Source of the DNA: Octopus sinensis
Taxonomy: Eukaryota
Direction of reading: 5' to 3'
NCBI RefSeq assembly: GCF_006345805.1
Contig: NW_021824647.1
Span: forward strand, 1-38,777
Length of the DNA stretch: 38,777 nucleotides
Shown here: positions 1 through 13,309 of the stretch, piece after piece
Layout: each line of letters begins with the position of its first letter
Numbering within the stretch: the stretch's first letter is position 1
Notes under the pieces: model-generated
Told to the model about the DNA's origin: nothing
The model's database searches: none
Seen by the model: only the letters and a program-made list of their open reading frames with translations
Position numbers and translations under genes: made by a program

Positions 1-35
1 ATATATATATATATATAAAAGAGTATATATATATA

Positions 36-66
36 CTCTTTTACTCTTTTACTTGTTTCAGTCAGT

Positions 67-67
<1 letters not shown>
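36..67 (-). mobile_element. SINE family A 3' tail fragment
   Basis: Reverse complement reads actgaaacaagtaaaagagtaaaa, the same tail as the copies ending at 1257, 10097 and 23020. Confidence 0.6.
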
Positions 68-104
<37 letters not shown>

Positions 105-1017
105 TATATATATAATATATATATATAATATGCATATGTGGGCACAGGACGTCATGAAACATGTACAACACAATATACGAAGTACGAGTATATGGAATAT
201 AAAGTACGAAAGACACAAATGGAAACAAGACAAACAGCATAAAGAACGACTCTTCATCAGTTGTTGGCTGTTTTTCTAATCTCGTATTTCGAGAATTTAA
301 CAACAATATACCCTTTCGATAAAAAGCAAATTATATAATTACATATCTGGAATTTTGCGGAGGGTCAAAATTGGTAACACAAACAGGACGACCGTAGTTG
401 AATAATATTCTTAAGGCTGCAATTTACTCACAACCAGCACCTTTCAGAGCTTGTCGCTAATTCAGTTCTTAACTAAATTGAACACTGTTAACATTTTTGA
501 AGAGAACTTTTCCCTAGCTACATTTTGGCATAAAACAAATTGAGAATTAATCCAGTAGAAAAAATTTTACATCAAAATTTGTAGCAACGTTATAGGCAAG
601 TACGTAACGCCACCAATCAGGTTTAGATCTAAATGACATTTTTTTAATTTTAAAAGCAAAATATATTTATCTTAGCTTCAATGAAGAATTTCATAGTTTT
701 GTTCCCATGCAACAAAAATTTGTATCAAAGAAATTGAGAGGTAAAATATCATGAAAGAAAAAATATAAGTGAGTCAAAAAATTGGATTAAAATATAATAA
801 ACTTTTTAATTCTAAAAACGAACTAAATTTTAATTAATCTTAAATGGTAGACCTCACTTCGTGGAATTTCACGATATCAATCTCATGTAATGAAGTTTTA
901 AAAGATAAAAAGTTTGTTTGTTGAGTGTTATACATTTGAGTGTGATAATATAGTTCTATACTTTTTATGAATATAGTTCTCTCTCTTTTTCCTTTCATCT
1001 CTCTTTCTCTCTCTCTC

Positions 1018-1078
<61 letters not shown>

Positions 1079-1089
1079 TGTGTGTGTGT

Positions 1090-1257
1090 GTGTGTTTGTG
1101 GCCCCACCATCGCTAGACAACCAATACTGGTGTGCTTAGCTGTTCGGCAAAGGAGACCGATAGAATAAATCCAGGTATCGATTTGCTCGACTAAAAGGCG
1201 TTACTCCAGCATGGCCGCAGTCAAACGGCTGAAACAAGTAAAAGAATAAAAGAATAA
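1090..1257 (+). mobile_element. SINE family A, 3' half
   Basis: Aligns by eye with 9905-10097 and 22825-23020 (ttcggcaaa..gaccgatagaataa..ctccagcatggccgcagtc..ctgaaacaagtaaaagaataaaa); follows a (TA)n(TG)n tract like the internal microsatellite of the fuller copies. Confidence 0.85.
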
Positions 1258-1377
1258 AGTACATTGTAGGAGAGCCATAATAACCTTTTAATACTACAAA
1301 AAAACGGGTAATTTAAATGTATTTTTTTATTTTTAAAAATTCTTATTACACCAGTAGGGCTTGGTTACTGGAATTGT

Positions 1378-1633
<256 letters not shown>

Positions 1634-1879
1634 TTATATGTATATATACATATTTGCGTATATATATATACATATATAATATATATATGATATATATATA
1701 TATATATTATATATATAATATTTATATATATATATATATATATTATATAATATATATATATATATATACATACATCATATATTATATATATGGAGCAGAT
1801 ATGGGAAGTTATAGATCGCTGGTCGCATTATCATATTTCCCTCCCCATCATTTCCCACTGACCGGAAGGCTATTCGGTA

Positions 1880-2037
1880 GCAGTTTCACCCACTTACAGC
1901 AGAGTGGACTGGACCAATGTGAAATGAAGTGCTTTGCGAAAGAGCACCACGTGACCCCCCTCCCCAGTCGGGAAATCTATCCCACGATCTAGCGACAGTG
2001 AGTTCACCGCTCTAACCACTAGGCCATATGTCTTCAC
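1880..2037 (-). mobile_element. tRNA-derived CORE-like SINE (family C), 5' part
   Basis: Minus strand gtgaagacatatggcctagtggttagagc (A box), then gcaaagcacttcatttcacattggtccagtccactctgctgta, homologous to 13310-13450. Confidence 0.8.
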
Positions 2038-2299
2038 GCGTGCGTGTGCGTGTGCGTGTATTTATATACATACAAACGTACACTTACTCGAAATTCAAAA
2101 TCAGCCCAACAAGCAATAAGGCTATTTTTGCTTTATAATTTTCAAAAGCATCATTTGTATCATCCTACATCTATCACATAGACTCCAATCTGATCAGAAT
2201 CTAATGGAGACCGTTTGTTCCGCATCCCAACTGCATAATTTGAACCTTCCATTCTTTCTTCACTCATGCAGAACTTCGTTCTGATTACAAACACTAGTG

Positions 2300-2790
2300 C
2301 AGTTTTTCTTTTTCCTCACTTAAACATCAATATTGATTGCGATTTTTAACTCCTCTGCGGTATATAATAACAGTATAATGTGTTTTTGTCATTATCTGAT
2401 GAGCTGATTGATACTGATGTTGCACCATTTAACGTTGCCATTTTATTTGAAGAAACATCAAAAAATAGGATGAATCTGATGCAGCTGGGTATTTCGACCA
2501 ACTTCAATCATTGTCTGTGCCTCTACCCTGATAATAAACCTAGAAAATGCAATTATATCTTCTTCATATGCAGCAGGTGATCTCTATAAAAAAAAAACAG
2601 AAGAATGTGCTGGCTTGTATTATCAGGACAAATGCTAAACATAAATCTACTGCACCACGACCTTGTTTCCATAAAACCACCAATTTAAGTGCCATTTACA
2701 ATCGTTTTCTTGTTTTACAAATGCTAATTTTCTGTTTTCAATTATCCAGTTAACCAATTTTTTTCTAGCCTCAGTCACGTCTCAATTTCT
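2300..2790 (-). pseudogene. pogo/Tigger-type (CENP-B HTH + DDE_1) transposase relic
   Basis: Manual minus-strand translation across frameshifts gives, in the expected order, KKLVNWIIENRKL (~2765-2727), GGFMETRSWCSRFM (~2683-2640), SPAAYEEDIIAFSRFIIR (2580-2527), LFFDVSSNKMATLNGATSVSI (~2468-2405), THYTVI and ILMFK. These match pogo/POGK-like motifs (W..EQR, F.ASRGWC.RFM, LP.DYEEKI..F, P.FFD.P...T...KG...V.I, H.TV.L, MLIFK). Confidence 0.75.
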
Positions 2791-3462
2791 CTACGAAAAC
2801 TACTCCTCATTATTTATTTAATTTTTTTCTCTAGTACCCTACGGTACCGCTTATTATCTGACAAGTTTTTCCCTTACAGTTTCTTATTGAAATATCTTAT
2901 TGATGACTGGATGCTGACATTATTTCGATCCCAGTATATTTTCTTTACAGTTTCTTAGGCTCTTAATTATTGCTCTCAGCTTCACCATTCCTGAAATACT
3001 TCTTGTGATGGAGGTAACTCTGAATGTCTAAGAATGACCCGAGAACTTCCGTGCTACTTCGGTAAGCTGTAAAATAATGAAATTACAAACGATTCTTTGA
3101 AGCCGATGATATGGGGAGTGGGGTGAGGAGGAATAGATTTTTGCTACAATGTCATAAAGTTTGGGAGAGTTTATTAACAGCATACTTTTCTGCCTGTTGT
3201 AGCTCTCGTTGCATCATCGACAATAGAGGTCACCTAGCGAGTTTCCATAAGGTGCATTTTTCATAATAGCATACGTACAAACAATCAGACATACAAACAT
3301 ACACACACACGCACACGCAAATACACATGTATATATATGTGTGTGTATGTGTGTGTGTGGATGTGTGCATATTTTCGCGGATAAAGCTGAAAGTGACTTC
3401 AAAGTTTCCGCTTATTCACCATAATTAGAAGTAAGCTTTTTAATCGCACAGGCACGCTTAAC

Positions 3463-3535
<73 letters not shown>

Positions 3536-3570
3536 ACACACACACACGCACATACGCACATACATATGAC

Positions 3571-3722
3571 TGGCCTCGGTGTAGTTTCCGAATACAATCT
3601 TTTTACTCACCTCGCAGCAATAGTATAAGAAAATTCTCTGAGGTGGGAACGCCGTGAGATTGAACCAGGAATATCGTGGTTGTGAAGCTAAAGTCTTAAC
3701 CACAAAGTAATACCTGCATCCC
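3571..3722 (-). mobile_element. SINE family A, degenerate 5' half
   Basis: Minus strand gtggttaagactttagcttcacaaccacgatattcctggttcaatctcac resembles the head at 9739-9795. Confidence 0.55.
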
Positions 3723-3873
3723 TGTATCTCTATCATTTGGTTGTTTATTACTTTTGGAAGCATACTTTATCTTACATTTGTTACCTTCCCATAGCAAAAG
3801 GTCACAGCTGATTAGATTACACGAGTTCTTTGATACGACTTAATGACAAATAACTTAGTAGACATGTCGTCTC

Positions 3874-4317
<444 letters not shown>

Positions 4318-4872
4318 TAATCTGGTATGCTCCAGGGCAGGCCATGATGCGTCGAACGTGATTTTGGCTGTTCTTTTCCTTTTCCAGACTGAGCTACAAC
4401 GCTGAGGTTTCCCGCTTTCCGATTTTCTTTCCTTTTGACGAAATATATTTAATTCCCATCGTCTGATATTCCGTCCTTCTCTCTCACATATTCTCATCAA
4501 TTCTTCAATTCTTTCATTACATTATTCTCTCATTCTCTCCTCCAATTGTCTAACCTTATCCTACATTATCAACATATCTAGTATTGCTCCTTGACACTGA
4601 AAGAATGATACGGGTCCATTACGTCTGCTCCTTTTGATGTTGTGGTTCGTATTGTTGTTGGCACAGCTGATGATCTTGTTGTTGTTAATGTTTTTGTTGT
4701 TGTGCCGTTGTTTTGTTTGTCGTCGCCGTCTTGCGTCAACGAATTTTCGCTAAACAAATATTGGTGCTGATAAAATGGAAGTTTGCCGACAAGGAAATAA
4801 CAACCCGAAGCACACACACACGCAAAAAAACATACCCACACGCACACACAAGTAAAAACAACATACACACAC

Positions 4873-4905
<33 letters not shown>

Positions 4906-5028
4906 CACACACGCACACACACAAATATACAGATGTATGTATGCATGTGTGCATGCGTGCATATGACAAGCATGCACACATATGTACATATATTTAAACA
5001 TACACACGTATATAAACCTGTACGCGTT

Positions 5029-5089
<61 letters not shown>

Positions 5090-5090
5090 T

Positions 5091-6283
5091 ATGTATAAGT
5101 TTATATATGTTTATATACATATATATTTACATATTGATGCTAACAATTGCGTGTATTTGTGTTTCTTTTGTCAATGAATCAATGAATATATATGTGAGCG
5201 TGTTTGTGTGTGTGTGTGTGTGTGTGTATTTGTGTGTGCGTACGTGAGTACACGTATATCCATCCACATATCACCACAATTTATATTCGGTAGCTTTCCT
5301 ACTCACACATGCATGAGCACAAACACTAACAGTTATACATAAAAACACACAGACACATGTATATATATTGACCAGTAAACGAAGTTAGACTATGCGTCGA
5401 TCATACTGGACGCCATGTTTATTACGATCTATAACAGAAAATTCGAATATAAAACAAAGTAAATATTAACCGACTTACTGCCACAAGAGACAACAACCCA
5501 AAAATGGTAAGTTCTTCACAGAACAAACATGGCTGAGTAGGCACCACTTGGAAAATGCCGAGACTAGCTTGAACTCAGAAATGGAATACAGTGTTGTCTA
5601 TATGTTGATGTTGTTAGTGATGTAGCTATAGGAAAGTTACGATGGTGGAGTGAAGGCTGGGAGGAGGAAACGTTAGGTAGATATGATATATATATGTATA
5701 AGTTTATATATGTTTATATACATATATATTTACATATTGATGCTAACAATTGCGTGTATTGTGGTTTCTTTTGTCAATGAATCAATGAATATATATGTGA
5801 GCGTGTTGTGTGTGTGTGTGTGTGTGTGTATTTGTGTGTGCGTACGTGAGTACACGTATATCCATCCACATATCACCACAATTTATATTCGGTAGCTTTC
5901 CTACTCACACATGCATGAGCACAAACACTAACAGTTATACATAAAAACACACAGACACATGTATATATTGACCAGTAAACGAAGTTAGACTATGCGTCGA
6001 TCATACTGGACGCCATGTTTATTACGGTCTATAACAAAATTCGAATATAAAACAAAGTAAATATAACCGACTTACTGCCAAGAGACAACAACCCAAAAAG
6101 GTAAGTTCTTCACAGAACAAACATGGCTGAGAGGCACCACTTGGAAAATGCCGAGACTAGCTTGAACTCAGAAATGGAATACAGTGTTGTCTATATGTTG
6201 ATGTTGTTAGTGATGTAGCTATAGGAAAGTTACGATGGTGGAGTGAAGGCTGGAGGAGGGGAGGAAACGTTAGGTAGATATGA
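5091..6283. repeat. tandem duplication, ~600-bp unit x2
   Basis: 5091-5687 is repeated at about 5693-6283 (atgtataagtttatatatg ... aaacgttaggtagatatgat). Confidence 0.95.
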
Positions 6284-6295
6284 TTATTATATATG

Positions 6296-6335
<40 letters not shown>

Positions 6336-6514
6336 GTGTGTGTGTGCGCGCCTGCGTTCATTTATATACTATGAAAGCAACGAATTCCAGAAGTAGACAA
6401 CACAAGAGGGACAATTTTTAACAGAAGTTGCATTAGTTTTAGCGAAAATCTATCTATCTATCATCTATAATATCCTATCTATATATCTATCTTTGTATCT
6501 GTACAACAATGTAC

Positions 6515-6590
<76 letters not shown>

Positions 6591-6764
6591 TACTACACTA
6601 TATATATATATACATACATTCATGCAAACACTGACATAAATATAACACGTCATATTTATAATAAACAAACATATATATTTCCTATCAACTTATAATATAT
6701 ATATTTATTATGCATATATATATGTGTGTGTATATATATGTATATGTATGCATATATATACATG

Positions 6765-6821
<57 letters not shown>

Positions 6822-7879
6822 ATATGTATGTATACACAAACACTTATAAGCTTATAAACTACGCCGTTAATATCAAAATAAAGATAAGAAAATGGCCGCT
6901 CAGTGAGAGAAAAGTTACTTTGATCAGCTGACGTTGATTTCATGATTGATATCGTTCCCTTAAATGAGAGACGTTGTTGGGCACGGATAGTTGACACTCC
7001 ACAATCCAGAACGACCACCACCATCAAAAACACAAAGAACAGCAACAAAAATAGAATCATGTCACCAATCATGTCACCACCGCCAACCTCACTTCGATAA
7101 AACCAACATCGACGACAACAATAAGTTTATCACAGCCAATCATTTAAGTAAAAGTAAGCAAATCAATTCAAAGGAAATATATTTGCGTTCTGTTAATCTA
7201 TTTGTTTCTTACGGCTTGTTACAATTTTCCTCAGGAATTCTACCCATTCGTCGATCGATCTATCAAACCTTCCATCGAACCATCCTTGCCGCCGTACATG
7301 AATGTATGCATACATACGTTCATACATACATACATAAATAAAGAATAAAGGTGGAATTCAAAAATTAAAGTGACCCTAAGGTAAAAGACACCCGACTAGG
7401 TATTGTAGTATGAGACCACGTGTGAAAGTCAGTACAAGAAAATACAGATAAAAAAAACACCATCTATGGAGCACCGATAAGGAATTTGCAAATCCTGTTC
7501 TGAAGATACACTGTTAGCTTCAAACCTATTATTACTGGAGCAACCAGGTACAGATCAAAGTATGCTCGCTTGGAGCAAAGTATGGCCGATTTTTTTTTCT
7601 TGGGAAAAGAAGAAATCTCCTTAATCCAGACACCACAAATAATTACGATATTTGGAACATTAAATATTTGAAATACTTTTTTCGGGTTTAAAAGCTAATG
7701 AAGAAATCAATATACTTCAGTTTCCACCCTTGCTATCAAGGAGAGGAGGAAGACAATCAAAATGGACTCTAAATTGAAAACATACAATATACATAGACAC
7801 GTAGACAAACACACACATATACGGATATTTATATATATATATATTTATTTAAGATATGCAAGTACATACACATGTATGT

Positions 7880-8410
7880 AACTGAGTATCTTCGGAAGTG
7901 TGCAAATTTAGCATGTATTACATTAATTCAACGCAGATTCACTATTGCCCTACAAGACAGCTTTAAGAAACCAGTGCATAAATAATATAATCAATAGGTA
8001 AGTAGGTACACTACTGAACCGACCAATGAATAAGCAATGATCAAAAGGGAATCTATATAAAACCATAACAAAGCTTAGAAAATGAGAGGCGACCATGCAA
8101 TAAACAAGCAGAAGCAGACAGAAAGATTCCTGGATGCCTCAGTTGGAAACAATGTACATTTAAACAAGTTTAGAACAAAGGATCGTATGATGAGGAATTT
8201 AGAAAATATCAGAGATGTGAACCCACGAATGAATAGGAATGGGGTAACGACAAATAAATGTAGTGCCATAATAATGCCTTAATATAACCTATGGAGATCC
8301 AAGCAATATATAAAGGCATATACATCGGAATGACCTCAAATAGTTTTAAGACTCGCTGGTACGCCCACACACATTCGTTCCGGCGACCTGACAAATCTAA
8401 AAACTATAAC
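7880..8410 (+). mobile_element. Penelope-like element fragment (GIY-YIG endonuclease)
   Basis: 8309-8410 translates YKGIYIGMTSNSFKTRWYAHTHSFRRPDKSK, the YIG-T...FK.R...H..SF motif of Penelope GIY-YIG domains. The upstream boundary is approximate. Confidence 0.8.
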
Positions 8411-8517
8411 TATTATATATAATTATATCAATTTATCTCTATCTATTCCCCCTCTTTCTTTCTTTCTCTCTCTCTCTCTCTCTCTCTGTATATATATATA
8501 TATATATAAGTATATAT

Positions 8518-8548
<31 letters not shown>

Positions 8549-8586
8549 ATAATAATATATTATACATATATATATATTATACTATA

Positions 8587-8688
<102 letters not shown>

Positions 8689-9282
8689 AAGAAAGAAAGA
8701 GAGGGAGACATAGATAGAGATAAATTGATACATAGACAGATACACGCATCTTTCTATGTATACATCTCTACCTTTTCCTATCGCTGTCTGTCTGCATCTC
8801 TCTTTCTCTCACACACACATACATTTGTATATGTGTGTGTGTATGTGTGTATATTATGTATATATGGATGTCAATGTGTGTGTAAAATGTTATTGTATCG
8901 TTGTACATGATTATCTATATATAATATATATTTATATATATGTGTGTGTATATATATACATATATATACACATACGCAGACAAGTTTACAATGACCTAGT
9001 ATATAGATATATCCATGAGCATAACCTATGTACACGAATACACCTATTTTCCAATCTAGATAATTAATATAGACAAGCAGACCGAAACCCACCCACGCAC
9101 ATGAACAAACACATATATATATATACATAAGTGCATACATTCATATATCTGTAGACACGCATACATTCCTAGTGATTTCTCAGATTTTATATCCTATCAA
9201 TCTATAAGCACTTTTGTTTTATCAATAACTTTCAGATATCAATATATCCTTTAATATCGATACGGCAACCATTAAATTAACA

Positions 9283-9284
<2 letters not shown>

Positions 9285-9313
<29 letters not shown>

Positions 9314-9491
9314 CATACATACATACATACGTACATTTATATGTGTGTGTATATATGTATATACATATATACATATCTATATCTATATATATGTATATAT
9401 ATGTGTGTGTGTATATATATAAATATATATACACATATCTATATATATATATATCTGCATATATATCTATCCGTATATACATTCATATATG

Positions 9492-9535
<44 letters not shown>

Positions 9536-9605
9536 GTATGTATGTATGTATGTATCTATATAGATGTATATATGTATGTATGTATATATGTATATATGTA
9601 TTATG

Positions 9606-9636
<31 letters not shown>

Positions 9637-9732
9637 TATATACATACATATATATATGTATGCATATCTACATATATATAATATATATATATATATATCT
9701 ATATAATATATATATATATCTATATATATATA
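9285..9732. repeat. (TACA)n and degenerate (TA)n tract
   Basis: Directly visible low-complexity repeat. Confidence 0.9.
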
Positions 9733-9738
9733 TAAAAC

Positions 9739-10097
9739 TGTGTGGTAGGTAGCTTGCTTACGAACCACATGGTTCTAGGTTCAGTCCCACTGCATAGCAG
9801 CTTGGGCAAGTGTCTTCTACTATAGCCTCGGGTTGACCAAAGCCTTGTGAGTGGATTTGGCAGACAGAAACTGAAAGAAACTTGTATATATATTTGTGTG
9901 CCTGTGTTTGTCCCTCCAACATCGCTTGATAACCGATGCTGGTATGTTTACGTCCCCGTAACTCTAGCGTTTCGGTAAAAGAACCGATGGAATAAGTACT
10001 AGGCTTACAAAGAATAAGTCCAGGTGTCAATTTGCTCAACTAAAGGCGATACTCCAGCATGGCCACAGTCGAATGACTGAAACAAAAGGATAAAAGA
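9739..10097 (+). mobile_element. SINE family A, near full length
   Basis: tRNA-like head (tgtgtggt..ggttcagtccc), CORE-like cttgggcaagtgtcttct, internal TA/TG tract and tgactgaaacaaaaggataaaaga tail; homologous to 22640-23020. Confidence 0.9.
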
Positions 10098-10100
10098 TTG

Positions 10101-10210
<110 letters not shown>

Positions 10211-10213
10211 CTT

Positions 10214-10268
10214 GCCTCCCCCTTCCCCAAAAATTTCGGGCCTCGTGCCTACAGTAGAAAAGAATATT
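10214..10268 (+). mobile_element. SINE family B 3' tail fragment
   Basis: ccaaaaatttcgggcctcgtgcctacagtagaaaagaatatt matches the tail at 37599-37639. Confidence 0.65.
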
Positions 10269-11595
10269 ACTTTCTTACAAACTGAAAGCTCAGAATGTTA
10301 CCTTTAGTCGCATAGTATAAGTAATAAGTGAAAGTGGAGTTGGTATTTTCTCAGCATTTTTTTAGCATTTATTCAATATTTTTTCAGCATTTTTAAAGCA
10401 TTTTTTCAACGATATTCAATTATTTCGATAAGTATAACTGACAAACCATGTGACATGCGTGAAAACATGTAAAAGAGCAATAACACTGAAATCGATTATA
10501 TAATTCGAATTACATAAAGCTTATTCTCTGTACCACTAAGGGTTCATAAATGAAGTTTGGGGTCGGTGCAGGATGATACATTGTGGGGTTACACAAATAG
10601 AAACGTTTAAACAGTAAATATGATGAATTCTAACATCGATAAATTCCCTCAAAAGAGGGAGTCTTCCTAAGCTTGCGCGTGGAAACCCCACAAAACCATG
10701 CCTGCCCTGACCACGAGGACAAGTACCATCGCATCGTTTTCATTCAGTCTACGGGCACATACTTAGAATAGGGCCCATTTACTCGGACCATTCTTGCCAC
10801 ATTCACTGACCGTTTGGTAAAATTGCTGAAGGAAGGTCTGCCAACATTTCGTATTACATAATATTAGATTCATATTCATTTAGTCATAACTCTTGTGGAC
10901 AACTAAATAGTCAGAAACTGGATATCTGGATGATTTGGTGGGAGGTGATTAACTGAATCGGGGAAGGAGGTATCAAGAAGGAGGAATTCATGTTAGAAGG
11001 GTGAACGAAGGAGGAATAGATCAACGGATTAATTGTTATTCTGACAATATCATTTTACAATTTATCAATTAGTCTATGAATGAATTGACAGCAAAAATTT
11101 CTAGTTATACTCAAGTAACCTTTAGTTAAAGATATATGAATTGCAGGCACGTCACTAATATAGATACATACAAATATTATATATACATAGTTACATATAC
11201 ATATTTATATCCTATGCATAGTTTCATACTTTACGATACGTTTGGCAGCTTGCACACCGCGCTATGTAACTCCAAGCAATCTTTCAGTGTCTTTAATGTG
11301 TTAGATGTATTTTAAAAACGAGGACTCTAGGCCATGAGGAAAGGGGTTGGGAAGGAAGAAAAGATGCGTTTTTCATTTTTTCACAGTCCAGCGCCCTGGT
11401 TTTAAAATTCATTTAATGCGCAAAGAGAAATTCAAAGTTTGCTTGGAGGTACATGGCGTGTTTGAAAATATCCCAAAAGTATTGTGAAAGCATGAAAATA
11501 ATTGTAGATCTTTCGTAATTCTGTATTAAATTGATATTTATCTCTTCCTATATACAGAATACACATATGTCAATTATACATCTACTGAATATATA

Positions 11596-11966
11596 TATTA
11601 TATAAAATCCGTTCTGTATGTCTGTGTTTGTGTCTGCTAGGGTCTCGGGCATCCTCCAACGATTGCGCTCAAATTTGATATGTAGATACCGACGGTATCA
11701 GGGCGTGTATAAGTCTTGCAAAAATTACAAAAATCGATTCCAGGTGAGACTGCGATCGATAAAGCCGTGGGAACGTGCATTTGTAAAATCGTTTTTCTTG
11801 GAATAGAAAAAAGTCTATCTTTATTTCTTCTTTTGCTGGTGTCTCAGATTTCGGTTAAATCACTGTTTCTCAAAGGGGAGACGGTCGGACAAGTTGTTTT
11901 GAGGAAATTTGGTTTAAATGTTTGACAACTCAGCACCGTCCATTGGACGGGGGGGCGTTTTGCTCG

Positions 11967-11967
<1 letters not shown>
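11596..11967 (+). mobile_element. non-autonomous Helitron-like element
   Basis: 5' tatataaaatccgttctgtatgtctg; 3' GC-rich hairpin ccgtcca-t-tggacgg (11936-11950) 12 nt upstream of CTCG-T (one mismatch from CTAG-T); flanked by (TA)n with no TSD. Confidence 0.7.
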
Positions 11968-11997
<30 letters not shown>

Positions 11998-12260
11998 ATA
12001 AGAGTATACATCTGCAGGAAAATATGTAAGTCCTTTTTTGAATTAAGGAAAGCCATGACCGGTGGATTGTTGACAGCATTGTCAAATAATAGTATAGATT
12101 AGATTCTATTTTTGAAGTGAGTCTTTTCTTTAATCAATAATATCTACACACGTACGCAGACACACACACACACCCCTACACACACACAAACACACACATA
12201 TCTAAACATACTTAACTATTTAAAAATATGTATATATGTACAAATGTATGTGTATATAAG

Positions 12261-12358
<98 letters not shown>

Positions 12359-12710
12359 AGTATGTACATGTATGTATGAGTGCATATGTATACATGTGTT
12401 ATCTTGTGGGTACGAATTTACAAATAATTCTACACTAATATAACAGGATATTAGTTGTAATCCGCGCATTAAGAACCCGACCAGGTGCTCGTCTTTAACA
12501 CCATCGTTATTGGCTGACCTCTATTTCTGATATTGATTTTTACTCCACTACATATAAAGTATATATATACTATATGCAGATGTTCCCTATACACTATATG
12601 CTCATGTCACATTGTGTCCTCATATTGCATTAAATGCACGTAGTGGGACACACACCCAAACACACACACGTATAGGCACACACGCGCAGATGCCCTCATA
12701 TATATATATA

Positions 12711-12995
12711 GTTGAGGGATTAAAATTAAAATTAATCTAAGGACATACTAAGTATGTTTGCCTGCTGGAAATAACAGTGAATACTCATATTTAAATCGTC
12801 AAAAATACACTGATGATAACTACAGAAATCAAGCGAAAGCCGATTAGGTTAATAAAATGAATATTACGATTAATTTGATAAATATTAATTTTAATCCCTC
12901 ATGTATTTAATGATTTTCTTGGGCCTGCGATCGCCTATATTATTAATTCTGTTATAATCATTTTAAAAATAGTCCTTCCAAATTATTTGTCCCTG
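12711..12995 (+). mobile_element. probable Penelope-like pLTR fragment with short inverted segment
   Basis: Perfect 17-bp inverted repeat (12713-12729 / 12885-12901), internal CTGATGA (12810-12816) and CGAAA (12834-12838), AATAAA downstream, (TA)n on both sides. Confidence 0.45.
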
Positions 12996-13070
12996 TATAT
13001 ACATATATATATATTCATATTATATAATGGGAAATTAGAATAAGCATCAGTATAGATGTGCAGATGTCTA

Positions 13071-13168
13071 GTTGCTACGTACGTTTCCTGATGGCTGGTA
13101 ACCGGTACTCAGCCCAAGATGTTCCTATTGCATTTTGATGCCTAATGGTAATGGATCCTCAGGACAAC
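13071..13168 (-). ncRNA. type I hammerhead ribozyme (Penelope-associated minimal type) candidate
   Basis: Minus strand: GUUG(U)C-CUGAGGA-[68 nt]-GAAA-C-GUAC-GUA-GCAAC. Core consensus CUGAnGA/GAAA/UH is intact; stem I is 5 bp with a 1-nt bulge; stem III is A-U plus C-G with a palindromic GUAC loop. Confidence 0.65.
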
Positions 13169-13210
13169 ATTTCGTATATGTAACTCTACACATGTACTAC
13201 ACGCACACAT

Positions 13211-13241
<31 letters not shown>

Positions 13242-13309
13242 TTATGTGTGTGTGGGTGCGTGTGTGGGTGTTTTATATATATATATATATGTTATATATA
13301 TATATAAGT

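Noticed and set aside
5437-5512. Possible exon ending at G|gtaagt
   Set aside because: Stops in all three frames after the nearest AG, and it lies in a possibly artefactual duplication.
11370-11454. Possible 62-nt exon after tttttcattttttcacag
   Set aside because: The acceptor is good but the donor (gtacat) is weak, the peptide is unrecognisable and there are no partner exons.
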